From the NCBI RefSeq assembly GCF_006345805.1, contig NC_043004.1:24552001-24616000 (forward strand): a stretch of DNA of 64,000 nt. The letters are read 5' to 3'. This DNA is from Octopus sinensis (taxonomy: Eukaryota). Of the stretch, positions 1 to 14,040 are shown piece by piece. The translations under genes and the position numbers were made by a program. The first letter of the stretch is position 1. Each line of letters begins with the position of its first letter. The notes under the pieces were generated by a model that was not told the origin of the DNA, made no database searches, and was given only the letters and a program-made list of their open reading frames with translations.

Positions 1-33
1 ATGTCGCTTTAAATCGGAGTATATATATATATA

Positions 34-97
<64 letters not shown>

Positions 98-160
98 GTT
101 ATTATTATCATTATTATTGTATGTGTATATATGCATATATATTCATATATCTGTGTCTAT

Positions 161-355
161 GTGTCTCTGTTTGTCCCCACCACCACTTGACAAGACAACC
201 AGTGTTGGTGTGTTTTCAAACAGAGACCGATAGAATAAGTACCAAGGCTTGAGAAAAGAAGTCCTGGGGTCGAGTAGTTCGACTAAAACCCTTTCCAATG
301 CTGTGCCCCAGCGTGGTTGCAGTTAAATGACTGAAACAAGTAAAAGATAGAAGAT
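161..355 (+). mobile_element. SINE family B, 3' tail portion
   Basis: gagaccgatagaataagtacc...cctggggtcgag...aaatgactgaaacaagtaaaaga matches the tails at 37810-38005 and 41780-41972. Confidence 0.7.
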
Positions 356-1362
356 AAATGATACTGCTCATCGTAGCAAAATTGATCGCCGTAAATGCAT
401 AGCAAATAGCAAATTCGATAACCCTGTTGATTTTGCTCTCGAAAAAAATTACTAAACACATGACCTACGGCCAAAAGAGAATAATGACAAGAAAACTAAA
501 ATAGCATTACAGGCATTACAGGAAGATGTAGCCGCTTTCGAACTAACAGCTCAAAACACAAATCACAATAAGATTTAAGGGGAACTTCATTATTTACATT
601 GACAAGCCACTGAATAGAAGAAAGATTATGACATTAATCAATAGAAAACCTATTGACTTGATGTTATATGTGATCGATTTAAGTTGCTAAATAATACCTA
701 GCACAATCTGAAGCTCCCAGAGTTTAGACATGGAATTCCTGCTGTATTATGTTGGAATTGCCATTTGCCTATACATGGCAGAGACAGATCGATTTGAATT
801 ATAAGTGACAACCAAAATGGATTCTATCTTTCTAAAAGAACATTGGCACACTGCTAGAAAATTATCTGACAATTGAATAATACTATCTGACAGAAAGTGA
901 ATCATTATTTGATGGAGCATCAGCTGCGATATAATAATAAACTATCCAAAATATACGGGAACTTCAGACGAGAGACACTCATATGATAAATTAATTACAT
1001 GTAAACACCAACTTAAATACGTAATTCAAAACATTTTTCTATCCTAAGAAATTACAAGTTTGCGTTAAGTCCGTAAATTTTTATGTTGTAACATGAAAGT
1101 ACATACCATCAAGTTTTTAAAAACTCCTAGGATGATAGGATATCATTCTGGAATCGTCTCATCTGGAACGTAAACGAACAGCACAGCTACCATCATTAAA
1201 TGAGCTCCAGAGTGAATGTTGTGAAAAAAATCTCCTCTAAAACACATCACCTAACAGATGTTGCAAAAGTACCCTCTGGAAAATCACTTGGAAGACAACT
1301 GCTAGATAGATATTGGTACACGAAACTCACATTCTTCAGGAAATATATATTCAAATGCTCGA

Positions 1363-1535
1363 AAGGCGGCGAGCAGCATTTTATCTATCGCTATGTTCTG
1401 AGTTCAAATTCCGCCGAGGTCAACTTTGCCTATCATCCTTTCGGGGGCAATAAGTACTAGATGAGCACTGGGGCCGATATAATCGATTAGCCTCCTCCCA
1501 CTAAGTTTCAGGCTTTGTGCCTATAGTAGAAAGAA
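1363..1535 (+). mobile_element. tRNA-derived SINE family A (Nin/Deu-like core), head partly deleted
   Basis: B box gagttcaaattcc followed by core ctttgcctatcatcctttcggg; many homologous copies in window. Confidence 0.8.
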
Positions 1536-1549
1536 GTATTATTATGAAG

Positions 1550-1765
1550 AGGACGGTGAGCTGGCAAAATCGTTGATGAAACAGACAAAGCGTGTCATTT
1601 CGTCCAATCCTTTAAGTTCTGAGTTCAGATTCCACCGATGTTAACTTAGTCTTTTGTCTTTTCGGGTTCGATAAAATAAGTACTGGTTGAGCACTGGGAT
1701 CGATGTGATCGACTTAACTCCTACACCAAAATGACTGGTCTTGTGTCAAAATTTCAAGTCGATAT
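1550..1765 (+). mobile_element. SINE family A
   Basis: A box gagctggcaaaatcg, B box gagttcagattcc, core ttcgataaaataagtact. Confidence 0.85.
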
Positions 1766-2100
1766 ATTCAAACGGATACAAAAATTAATGTGATATAATC
1801 AGTCATACAGTCTCAGTATACTGGTAGTTTCTTTTTAAATATCAAAATTTATAGTTAAATTTGTTCAGGGAAATTTTCGACTCAAAAGCTATCCCAATTC
1901 TTTTTGTTGCTTTTGCTTGACCGGTAGATGACCTTCATCGGGAAAATTTATGATTAACAAAAAGGCATTCCAGACAGACCACCGTGGTAGATCTCACAGA
2001 ACACTATCTACTTTGTACTTTTAAGATGGCAGGGAAATGTGTCTGTCATTTGAACACAGGACTAACGATCAAGTAAACACGCCAATATGTTTCTGAGTTC

Positions 2101-2315
2101 GAGGGTGGCGAGCTGGCAGAATCGTTAGCACACCAGGCAAAATACTTAGCAGCATTCCGCCCGTCTTTACGTTCAGAGTTCAAATTCCACCGAGGTCGAC
2201 TTTGCCTTTCATCCTTCCGGAGTCGATAAAATAAGTACCGGTTGAACACCGGTGTCGATGAAATCGACTTGCCCCCTACCCCGAAATTGCTGGCGTTGTG
2301 CCAAAATTTTACATC
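2101..2315 (+). mobile_element. SINE family A, full length
   Basis: ggcgagctggcagaatcgttagc head, gagttcaaattcc B box, gcctttcatccttccggagtcgataaaataagtacc core. Confidence 0.9.
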
Positions 2316-3550
2316 AACATATTTTTCAAGATCAAATCAGTCCCACTTTAGATTTAAAGTGCATTACTGCACTCAGTTATTAGAAGCTGAAGTTCTGTGA
2401 TGTTTTTGTTTGTTTTTTTTTTATCTCCTATCCTCCACTAATCGCTATTAAACCTCTCTTTTCACGTCAGCTAAGTACTTTTTTTTATTAACAATTCTAT
2501 ATGAAGCTATTCAAATAGGAATATACCTTGCTTTTTACAAGGAACTCATTGGGGTTTCAACTTCTGTTTTATGGCTCCCAACGTCATCAATTGATTCTAT
2601 AAGTAACTTCCTAAAAACTGACTGTAGATTATATATTTTGTATCCAAATATTCGAGACATATATTTACATCTATATTTATTGCGTTAAAAGTGTTTTGTT
2701 TTATTCATATCGTTTTAAACTAAGAAACAAGAATTTCGGCGTAACAATGACTATTATTATTATTGGACAGGTATCTAAGTGTGCCAATTACATTTCCTAT
2801 TTTGTTACATTTGCATAAACTAATAACACAGCACTTATTGTCTTTCGTTCATCAATCATAGGGGAAATGTAAATGTTCACATCACGAACCGCGAATGATA
2901 ATTAGTGCTACGGCCATATTTCTTAAATTATATACAGTGAAAGTGAAGCCATTTTCAATGGAAACAAAGTTGTAAATGCATATAAACGTGTGTATGTGTG
3001 TGTATGTGTGTATGTGTGTGTGTGTGTGGTTATAAAGGTAAAACTTGTTAAATAATTATTTACCAGTGGCTAGTACGCGTTATAAGAGTCAAAAGACATA
3101 ATTTTCTTTAAATATAATAATGTATGAAACATACACGAAGAGAAAATATAGTAAACCTTTTACATACAAGTTTTGCTATTACTGACCAAATAAATCAACT
3201 AATAAGAGAATTAATTGACTATTTAATCATCCGTAGCTCATGAGTAAGATCGCTAATTAAATGCATAAACATAAAACTGTAATACGTACCGAAAACACAA
3301 AGTAAAACACATACACAATCAGTTCCATGTTTATATATCATGGATTCACCCCAGAATGCCCTCAAAAATGCGTACAACACCAGAGTAACATAGCAGTGAA
3401 TATATTCAATCGTATGCATCCAGTAGGAGACCGATGCGAGGCCGAAGGGGTCATCTATGAGGCTGTGGTGATACCCAGACCTGATATCCGCAATAACAGT
3501 AATGTGCCATCAAACAGCAATATTATTATGATTATTATTATTATTATTAT

Positions 3551-4104
3551 TGAGTGAGCGAGCAGAGCATGCCATCAAAGTGACACTGGGGTAAAATATA
3601 CGAAGCCCAGTATATCCATCATGACTACCCGTCTGATAAGGGTACACCAGGCACATGCATCACAACCATATGTGCGCGACATGGTGATCTCATATCAAGA
3701 TAAACAGCACATGACCTTGCAGGTGGAGCCCAGTTAGAATTTTCTTCAGATCGAGTAACCCATCCCGCTCAAAAGGTCCCTGAATAAGGGTTGTTTAAGG
3801 ACGTTGAACGAAACACCCATGTTTCCAGAGGTGAATTATTCAAACCCCAAAGAATCCTTCTCAACACATGGCTATGATGCTCCCCCACTACTTCTGCTCG
3901 TGATCAGAGATGCACATATCGTCAGCCACTAGGGGACATGCTCAACTGGTTAAGGTCAAACAACTGACAAGCAAATCTGTGGTATTGAGCAGAATATTTG
4001 CTGTAGCCCATCTTTTATACCAAGACAAAACAATGTACATGATAACACTTCCAATCAGTTAAGATCAGAAGCCATGAGAGCCACTGCCTGGTACTGCATC
4101 AGGG

Positions 4105-4106
<2 letters not shown>
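3551..4106 (-). mobile_element. ~555-bp non-coding retroposon (family D) embedded in (ATT)n
   Basis: Four homologous copies in window (3551, 20738, 31330, 36505); this copy has (ATT)n on both sides; strand inferred from (AAT)n tail polarity and 5' truncation of other copies. Confidence 0.8.
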
Positions 4107-4157
<51 letters not shown>

Positions 4158-4188
4158 CATTATTACATACATACACACACACACACAC

Positions 4189-4251
<63 letters not shown>

Positions 4252-5309
4252 GTATCCACAAGGACATGTATATATGTGAGTGTGAGTGTAGGTGCGTGTA
4301 TCAAAAATTAAATTATAGGAGAATTAGAGTTAGATAGAAATCACTTCAAATTCTTATTATGTCTGTACGTGACGATAGTACAAGAATATGTGTCAAGTAG
4401 TGTAGGTGTGATGTAGGTGACAGCAAAATCTAATATTTTAAAAGAATTTATGGCTTATCTGAGAATAAATAAATTATCTTCGTGTATTTATATAAGGTTA
4501 TGTCTCCAGGCATAAATATAGACAACTTTTGAAACATGGAAAAATTCGTAAAGTTGTTAGTTCGTGGATAAGTTTTATCAAAATCTAAAAGTTGGAAAGA
4601 CAAAATGTATCAGTTCCGAACGTATTTTCAGTTGGACCCTTTATTTTTAAAAAAACCTACAATAATTTCCTCTATTTATGAGGGGTTTTTTTTGTTGTTG
4701 TTAAATGTACCACACAATTCTAAATTTCCTAGTTTTGTTATTTTTTCAATAGCATTCAGGAGGTGCAGGATAGTGTAATACGATATTGCTAGGGTTTAGA
4801 GTAATGAAGGAAGATTTGAAGACCTGTATTATTTAAACAATCGTAGCTAGATTTTATGGTATTACTATTAAATATATTGGGATGTATAATGTGTAATGGG
4901 GGAGTTAGTGTTCATTAGTGACAAGAAGAAAATTGTTGTGTTAGTAAAGATTTTAAAATATAATTAAACACTTAAGGCTAGAAAATTATCTTTCAGTTCC
5001 CAGATATATGAAGCTAATGACGTCTGATCAAATCACTGGGGGTCAAAGATTGTAAAGAGTTGAATAAAGAAATAAAAAGTAGTATCTTTCTTTGAAATAT
5101 TCAAATGTCATAAACTATAGGCCTTCGAAATGCCGTCAATCCGCGCGATGCATTGCTAGGTTATGTGTATATACACATGATTATGTATGTATGTATGTAT
5201 GTATGTAGTATGTATGTATGTATGTATGTATGTATGTATGTAGTATGTATGTATGTATGTATGTATGTATGCAAGTACGTACGTACGTACGTCCGTGCCA
5301 GGACAAACA

Positions 5310-6215
5310 TATTCTGAACCAAATATTTTTGTGAATGGAACAAAGACAGAAGTCGATAACACCTTTGTTTACCTTGGAAGCACACCGTCAAGAGTTGGTG
5401 GTTTTGATGCAGAAATATACTAATGCATATGGAAGGGAAGTGTTGTATTTGGTAAGCTCAAAAAGCGGGTGTGGCCGGATAGAGGTATTTCCCTGCAGAC
5501 AAAAATCAGTGTCTATAAAGCGTGTGTATTGTCTATTCCAGATAAATGAACCACTTACAAGTGTCATGTAAACTTGCTGGAGAGATTTCAGCAAAAGTGC
5601 CTCGGACATATCTTAGGAGTCAAGTAGGAATGTTTCATACCAGATACAGAAGTCTTGTGCATGGCACGTTACAGCTCAGTTAAACAACGTGTTATCTTGG
5701 CTCAAATGAAATAGACTGGACATGTTATTAGAATGAAAGAGGAGCGTTTGCCAAAGTGTCTTTTTTATGGTGAGCTCAACTCTAGTAAGCGACCACAACG
5801 CAAGCCGAGGAAAAGGTATAAAGATTGTGTCAGGGAAAATATGGAAAAACTAGGTATGAACAAAAGTGATTGGGAAAAATGATGTTATAGATCGGAACAA
5901 GTGGAGAGGTGCTGTTAAGACTGGTTGCAATGCCTGGGAGGAAAGGTGATTCAGCACTCTGAGCTTAAAAGGGTCTCGCAAAGGAACAATTGGAACTGTA
6001 ATAAACAAAACATTCTTTCAGAATCAGATTCCAAAAGGCAAAAATATAGATGAAACTTGAATAATATATGTCACTTGTGTTTTAAAGCCTGCCAGTCAGC
6101 AGCTGGTCTTACAAGTCATCTAAGGGCTCATCAACGGAATGATTGTGCTCTATGATGAGGTGTGGCGTGTGTGTTGATGGGATGGCTATCATCTATCAAG
6201 ATGAAGCAATTATCA
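5310..6215 (+). mobile_element. RTE-clade LINE, 5'-truncated 3' end (RT C-terminus, disrupted)
   Basis: Manual translation: FVYLGS, FGKLKKRVW, TKISVYKACVL, GHVIRMKEERLPKCLFYGEL, C-terminal C2H2 CHLCFKACQSAAGLTSHLRAH; stops and frameshifts. Confidence 0.9.
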
Positions 6216-6231
6216 TGTATGTGTGCGTATG

Positions 6232-6294
<63 letters not shown>

Positions 6295-8007
6295 GTTGAA
6301 CGATGAAAATGGTGGATAGTACTTCTTTATTTGTGAATTAAGGCTACCATTGGTTGCATGTTAAGAAATGTAGGAAAATGTCCTAGTGTATTAACAATTT
6401 TTCAAGCCCATCTTCATGTGATCGGCTTGAAAAATGATTAAGACACTAGGATATTTTCCAACTTTTCTTAACATGAAACTAATGGTAGCCTTAACATATA
6501 TATATGTACGTTCTTTTAAATATACCTGTTTTCTCCAAAAGGTTTTTATATTCCTGTCACAATCCATTATGTTTCTAGCTTTAGTTTACACATTGCATGT
6601 ACATGTGTCTGCTTATGTGTGAATATTCATGAATAGCAATAATCGACGAAATTGAGGCGAAATCCAACGACTTAAATAATCTTTCTACAATAAGCCAGTG
6701 AAACTATAGTAATGTAAGTGCAGTACACTACAGTGTGGAGCCGACGGATGTTGCTTAAACCCATGCTATGAACCTTTAAGTGAAACATCCGACTGGTCGA
6801 AAACAGGAGACATAAGTCTTATTTCTGCAATATTTATAGGTATATATTACTACAATTTCAATATTACAACTAATTATGCAAACGGTAAATATTGTTCAGA
6901 TCCACTATATTTTGCTTAATTTTTTTTTATTTTGTTTTTCTCTTCTTCACTTTCTCCTGCCTAATGTCTGTTCTATAATAAGTATTCTTACATGAATTGC
7001 ACTTGTCATATTTATTAATGCTCCTTCTTAAAATGTTCAAAATCGGCCAGTTATCAGAACTTCGTGTAATCTTTTTTTAGCTATGTTGTGGTGGAACAAA
7101 CCATTTTGATAATAGGATTCAACCGGAATGATAGAATTTTCCCAGGAGGAATATCAACAAAAAGACAAAGCAAATGAGAGTTTTTCTTGTTGTGTGTGAC
7201 CGATATATTACGTTCTTGAATGCTACTCAGCGATCAACTGTGTTTGAGAAAGTCAGCCAGGATTTATCGAAGAATAAATTACCATAAAATTGGTGAACTG
7301 ACCCAGAGTTGTAGCTGTAGCTGTAGTTGTTATTGTTGTTGGTGTTGTTCTCCTTCATCTTCTTCCTTCTCCTCTTCTTCTTTCCTCTTCTTATTCCTTC
7401 TTATTCTTCTACTCCCCTTCTCTTTCCCCTCCTCTTCTTTGCTCTTCTTACCCTTCTTTCCTCTTCTTTAGCCTCAGACTCGCCCTGATTGTCCACGCTA
7501 ATAGATAGCCAGGCGTACAATCTGTCCGATTTTAAACTGGCAGAGTGAAGTTTGTGGGAGCTTTACATGTTATTTATACTAAGTCGAGCATAGGCTTCCC
7601 CATTGGTTGACTAGAGAAGATCCTAAGGATTTATCACAATTTACATACACAGTTCATGGATCATATCACCACACAATAGCTAAATATAAAGCACCACGAA
7701 AAATATCAAAAGTGATGGCAATAAAATCATCAATATAAAGTAGCACCAACAATATATATGGATCCATCACAAAAGAAAAAACATGAAATATAAAACAAAA
7801 CGCAGACACAATACCTTTAAATTTTTACGCTCTCGTTTTAACTAGGGGAATACGTACTTGCTTTCATAGTCGCAATATATGCTATGTCTAAAAAAGTCAA
7901 GATTGTCACGTTGGGGAATGTTTTTGATCAGATAACTGATGTTAAATTACAACAATAGGAATGAAATAAGAATGAAGAAACAACGAAAGCCAAAATTAAC
8001 AATATAT

Positions 8008-8236
8008 ATTTCTTTACTACCCACAAGGGGATAAACATAGAGGGGACAAACAAGGACAGACAAAGGGATTAAGTCGACTACATCGACCCCAGTGCGTAAT
8101 TGGTACTTAATTTATCGACCCCGAAAGGATGAAAGGCAAAGTTGACCTCGGCGGAATTTGAACTCGGAACGTAACGACAGACGAAATACGGCTAAGAATT
8201 TCACCCGGCGTGCTAACGTTTCTACCAGCTCGCCGA
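8008..8236 (-). mobile_element. SINE family A with Tx1-like tail (tail type 2)
   Basis: Reverse complement of head/core plus tail ...tgtcccctctatgtttatccccttgtgggtagtaaagaaat; acaatata on both flanks. Confidence 0.9.
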
Positions 8237-9479
8237 CAATATAGTCTTACGTATTTTTAAAAGTAGTCATGGATCGATTAATTTTTTATCAAATGTACGC
8301 TTATTCGGGGATAACTTAGGACTAAACAACAGCGCAACGATAACAACAATAACAACTTGCTACGGATGTTGATAAGGACAATAATATTCTTACAATAACT
8401 TTATCAGAAAGTAAAGGAGAAACAATTGTTGTATGATGTTATGGATTATATAACTAAAGGGAACAACAATTATTTAAGAATGGAGGTTTTATGAATAGAG
8501 GAACGATTGGGAGCGATTTTGTTTTTATAAAGGGAACAAGAATTGTTGAATGATGGGAGGTTTATCTAAATAAAGGGATTGGCTATTGCTGAAGAATAAA
8601 GGGACTAACGATTGTTGAAGGATATTTTTCATAAATAGCCTCGATATCAATAATGGCCATTACTAGAACTGCTATTATCGTTTTTAGAATCGAGCGTTCC
8701 AAAACAATTAATTGATTTTAATCAAAGCGTTGCTATCAGTTTCTTCCTCTTTATTCCGCCCCACTAGAGCCAGCTGCACTTTTCGTCTCTCTCATTCATC
8801 GACCACTGAACATTTGAAACACTTTATTATCTTATTTGTGGAACAGAAGAAAAAAGCGCAAAGCGAAATAATAAAAGATTTAAGTAGGAAAGATGAAGAT
8901 AAAAGAAAAAGACGAAAATAGGTTTGTTTGTGCGATATGTATTTTTATGTATGTGTTTATCGTTATGTATCATTGTTTAAAGTGTGTATTTATCTGTATG
9001 CGTGTCTTTCTATAAGTATTCTATTTTAACCTTATATCGTGTTTCCTGAGTAAATATCATAAAATATATCTGAAGAAAAACAGGCAAAAAACAATGTCAA
9101 GCAATAAAAATAACGATCTTATGGATGTGTATAAATAAGATATTTCTTAAATTAAAATCTGGCGTATTTGGGGGTGGGGGTCTTAATGTGTCGTTTATAA
9201 GTTGTTGTTTTTTCTCTCAATAAAACGGAGGGAGATATCGCTTTGGTTCTTTATCAAGCAGATAAGTAATAATCCTAAAAAGACTTTCTATATTCCATTG
9301 GCGATAAAACATAAAGGGATTTCCGTCGTTTTCGACGATGAATATTCAGTTGTTCAAGCAAATGTATAAGCTATTTAGTATTCCTCTACGGATGCTTGTA
9401 ATGATGTGACACGATGTATGACATGGCTATACCTTTGAATTACAAGTACCTTTCATGCCACAGACTTCCATTAAGTTTC

Positions 9480-9600
9480 CATATACTCAGTTTCACTCAA
9501 AAGATTTGGGTCGACCCGAGGCTATCGTCAAAGTCTTTTACCCAAGAAGACATGCAGTGGGATCTGTGCGAAGCGAACTTCATTATTCAACCATTCTGCA
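9480..9600 (-). mobile_element. Degenerate SINE family B head
   Basis: gggtcgacccgaggctatcgtcaaagtcttttacccaag resembles copies at 29762 and 38050. Confidence 0.5.
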
Positions 9601-10294
9601 CCCAACAGTGATGGTAATGCTACCCATTAATGTAATGTATTATAAAGTCGCCCAAAACAGTCATTAGTAACGTGCTAACAAACATTTCACTAGTTTAAGT
9701 GTCTTGGCCCGCTCTGACAAGGGTTGCCACAAATGGCATCAAGGAAAAGTAGGAAAGGTCAAAATATCTGTAACAGAGTATAAAAACTGCGAAAGGCTTG
9801 CAAAAGATAAGTGGTGCTATTAAATCATGTGACGTCAAACAATCACTACCAAATACAGGTACATCTACTCAGATATGTATCACAGAATTTCTATCAATCC
9901 TGTTTAATTCATAAGTCTTGGGCCTTATGAATTAGGTTTAAATAACTACTTACGCTGGTTTAAATAACTACTTACAAAAACACAAACCATCAAGGAAACC
10001 CTTATTTGAATGCATATCTAGGAGGAAATAGAGAAATCACAGCTCACATCCATTTGTCTTAAAATGTCAGAAGTTGGAGATAATGACCTTTTGTTGCAGG
10101 TGTGCTCCATCAGCATAAATTGGAGCAAAACAACAAAAACACCAACAACAACAACTAGAATATTTACTCACATCTGCACTCAAAAACTTATAACCTTAAT
10201 GTTTGCTATCCCCCATGAAACTTTTAAATGATTACTATAAGATTTATTCTAATTCTAATATAATTTCACATTAGCATATTAGGGTTTAATCCCA

Positions 10295-10420
10295 GGTGGT
10301 GAGCTGGCAGGATCGTTAGCACACCGGACGAAATGCTTCGCGGTATTTCATCCGTTTTGACAGTCTGAACTCAGATTCTGAGGAGGTTGACTTTGCTTTT
10401 CAAGTCGATAAAATAAGTAC
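10295..10420 (+). mobile_element. SINE family A, internally deleted
   Basis: ggtggtgagctggcaggatcgttagc head, gttgactttgctttt core, gtcgataaaataagtac. Confidence 0.75.
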
Positions 10421-10726
10421 AATATAAAGACACACAGGGTGGGCCAAAAGTTGCGGAAAGGTATGAAATTTTAATTAGATATTTTTAATTATTACTTTTT
10501 TTAATTTATATGTGATTTTACCCACCTACCTTACGTCAATTTCCAAAATTTAAATCTTGTATCCGTTACTAGGGTATCATAATTTGCAAGCAAAATTAAG
10601 AGTTTATTGAGTATTGAAACACCGTCGTGACTTTTGGTCCGTTCTTCGTGACGTATATATTTATATATGTATGTATGCATGTATGTATGTGTGAGTGTAT
10701 GTATGCATGTATTTATGTATGCGTAA

Positions 10727-10778
<52 letters not shown>

Positions 10779-10800
10779 CGTGTATATACATGTATATATA

Positions 10801-10860
<60 letters not shown>

Positions 10861-11277
10861 GTGTATATAAATGTAGGTATTGAGTTTTCATTGTTCACCC
10901 ATTTTAAATGAAACATTCGCAATAATTCGTCCATCACTGCATTGACTACAATGCAGTTGGAATTGCAAAGGCATGTGGTATTAGTACGAACTCCATAGTT
11001 TTATAATGTCAACTGCTGCATGCTAAAATGAACCTTTTAATAGAAATAATACCCTTTTATTGGATGATTTCGAAAAGTCAGGTTAGATATACGAGCATTT
11101 GAATAATGTCTCTTAATTAACAGACGATCTTACATGACACGAAACAGAGGAATAAAGAAAGACAGACAGAAAGATATATTGATAGAAGAATGGAGTAAAG
11201 GAAGAAAGAGAAAGAAAGAAAGAAATCACTATATATATATATATAGACACACACGCACACACACACACACACAGAGG

Positions 11278-11345
<68 letters not shown>

Positions 11346-11639
11346 TATATTATAAAAGCTGAATGGAATCAGAATGTTGCTATTGAGACGATACAGCTTC
11401 CACATTTTGCTAAGCTGGAGTCATTTAATGAACAAATGATTAAATTACTAATTGTCTTTTACTATACACAGAATAAATTTGCAAATATTGAAATTTTGGT
11501 ATTGAAGCAATCCTAGCTTATCACTGCTACTTATGCTGTCTATACCAGAGGGTTGTGATTCTAAGTTAACTACATAGAAAGTTCGTTCTCTATAGGTCCT
11601 TGCATTTTAAAGAAGTATAAAGTATTTGAGTCGACGATG

Positions 11640-11800
11640 AAGCTTGTGACACGTTATGCTATCTATTAAAATAGCAACCACATCTTCCTCACATCACACT
11701 CTGCCTCGAACAAGATACTGGATAATTCAGTCCTAGATATTATATAGCTGAGCCAAAAAAGACAGGATGGGCATAGTTGGAATGCGTATGATCATAATTC
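11640..11800. repeat. Unclassified dispersed repeat, degenerate
   Basis: ttaaaatagc...ggataat.cagtcctagatatt resembles 39410-39560. Confidence 0.4.
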
Positions 11801-12462
11801 TGCAGGGCATTTAATAATGGCAATATAGAGCTTATGATATCACTCAAAAGAAAGCAATACCAAAATTATGTTAACATCCTTCGTTGTTCAAACTTTTATG
11901 TTAGCAAAATGTAATTTTTATCACATAAATGAAAAAATACTTTGTAGATATATGTAAGTGTTTGTCCATACTTACATATAATCGTTATACACTGAGCTTG
12001 TGAGGTGGTAGAGTTATGAGAACGGAGGATAGAATGCCTCGCGGTATTCTTTGAGGCTCTATATGCTGATCCCAATCTCATTGGGGTTAACTACATCTTT
12101 CATCCTTTCATGGTCGATAAAGAAATCGACCGTGTTTAAAACTAGGGAAGGATGACCTCCGCCATATTTTCAAAATGTTACAATGAAGTTACTGCGACCG
12201 TATCACACGTTTTAAGCCTTCCATTCAACCAAACATAATGTTACTAATTTTGTTTTATGAGATTATTAAGTATCAGTCATTAACATGGAAGTTGTTTATT
12301 AACTTTGCCGCGGGTTCACGTGATTTCGTATGTAATTTCACTGTGCAGCAATTTAGGCAAATATTTTACTCGATAAACTTGGGCGTCTCAACTTTCAAGA
12401 TGAAATTCGATACACAGAAACTATAAACAGTCGTGCTAGTCGCGCTGTGTATATAATTGGTT

Positions 12463-12680
12463 TCAAATTTTGGTACAAGGCCAGTAATTTTGGGAAAGGG
12501 GATAAGTCAATTACATTGACCCCAGTGCTCAACGGGTTCTTATTTTATCGCCTTCGAAAGGATGCAAGGCAAAGTTGATCTCGGCGGAAGTTTGTGCTCC
12601 GAACGAACGTATAGACAGACGAAATACCGCTAAGGATTTTGCCTGGCGTGGTAACGATTCTGCCTGATTGCCGCCTTCGG
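12463..12680 (-). mobile_element. SINE family A
   Basis: Reverse complement of tail, core (gaaaggatgcaaggcaaagttgatctcggcgg) and head. Confidence 0.85.
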
Positions 12681-13574
12681 GTTGTATATGCTATTGATTT
12701 GAAGACTCACTTCTATCACATGGTTGAAACATGCTTGTTGAGTACCTTTAACAGGGTCTACCCAATTGCAAACAGCCGAGTATAGTCCCTAGTTTGAGAA
12801 TATCTTCTTCCCTCCCTATTTTCCCCCAACGGTACCAGTATTAGTCTCAAAGGCAAGCCATGGGTCAATGGCACTGTTAATAAAATAAACTATTAAATAT
12901 TTAACCTTTATGTAATTCATGAGAGAACGTCAAATAAAGATGCAAATTTTCCTTAATACCCTCTCAGGAAAACTCTATTAGACGTAATTAAGATGACTCA
13001 TCCTGAAAAAATGTTTAATAAGCAATCGGAATAGAATAGAATTAAGATGTATGCCGCAACAAGAAGTTTATAATGAAAGCAAATGTTGCAAATTATGTAA
13101 ATTAATATCTGATGTTTGTATTTTTCCATGATGGAATCGTTTTAATAATTAATTTATTTAGAATGATTAGAATACTTTCACCATGTTTAAAGATATTAGT
13201 TCAAGTGCAGGCAAGATTAAGATGTTTATTCTTTATTAGAAATAGAGAAAGGAAACTATGTTATAAGCTTTATCGAAAACTGTAAACGTGATATGTTAAT
13301 TGAAGTTGGTTTAAATTTGTCCTTAAAGAAATTCAAGAAAAAATATTGTAAACATTCATATATTTCTTCGCCATGTTTTTAGCTTGTTTTGGATTCAGCG
13401 AAATAAATAATAAATTTATGTGAAAAACTTGTACGAAAACAAGCTGAATTTTTAAAACAAAACGCTGTATGGAGTTAACTAAAAGTGAATTACGATTAAT
13501 ATTTAGCATGGAAAATTCATTAACAAACAAATTGTTTCCTGATAATAATCCTGTTCCATTATAGGTGCAAAACC

Positions 13575-13655
13575 TGAAATTTTGGGGGAAGAGTCTAGTC
13601 AATTACATTGACCCCGAAATGATAAAAGGCATCGTCGACCTCGGCAGAATTTGAA
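13575..13655 (-). mobile_element. SINE family A fragment
   Basis: attgaccccgaaatgataaaaggcatcgtcgacctcggcagaatttgaact. Confidence 0.7.
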
Positions 13656-13745
13656 CTGTTATATTCATGTGCGTCTTTTCTTCGGGTTTTCGGCTGTGTG
13701 TGTATTCCAGTATACACATACATGTGTGTGTGTGTGTGTGTGTAC

Positions 13746-13818
<73 letters not shown>

Positions 13819-14040
13819 CATACATACATACATACATACATACATACATACATACATACATGTTAATATATGTATGTGTATGTGTATATATGTATGTATG
13901 CATGTATATTTGAGTGTATATACAAGTTGAATATTCGCGAAGGAAGAAGACAATAAGTCTAGAAGTGTTGATATATGAGCTCTACTTCCGAAAATAGTTG
14001 TGTAAAGTTTACATCTACATATGTCAATGTAGATGTAAAC

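Noticed and set aside
640-1350. Possible ancient RT fragment (ISDNQNGF at 801-824)
   Set aside because: Only one convincing motif; spacing to the putative RPISL is wrong and no later RT motifs were found
1905-1945. Minus-strand CCGATGA-AGGT-catct-ACC-GGTC
   Set aside because: GAAA is missing and stem I does not pair
4045-4106. HDV-like ribozyme at the 5' end of family D
   Set aside because: Could not thread P1, P1.1 and an L3 consensus by hand
9800-9980. Overlapping TCATGTGA/TGACGTCA sites and a 19-bp duplication
   Set aside because: Short motifs expected by chance in 64 kb, with no core promoter nearby
10436-10650. Tc1-like TIR fragments (cagggtgggccaaaagt; acttttggtcc)
   Set aside because: Matches are too short to delimit an element
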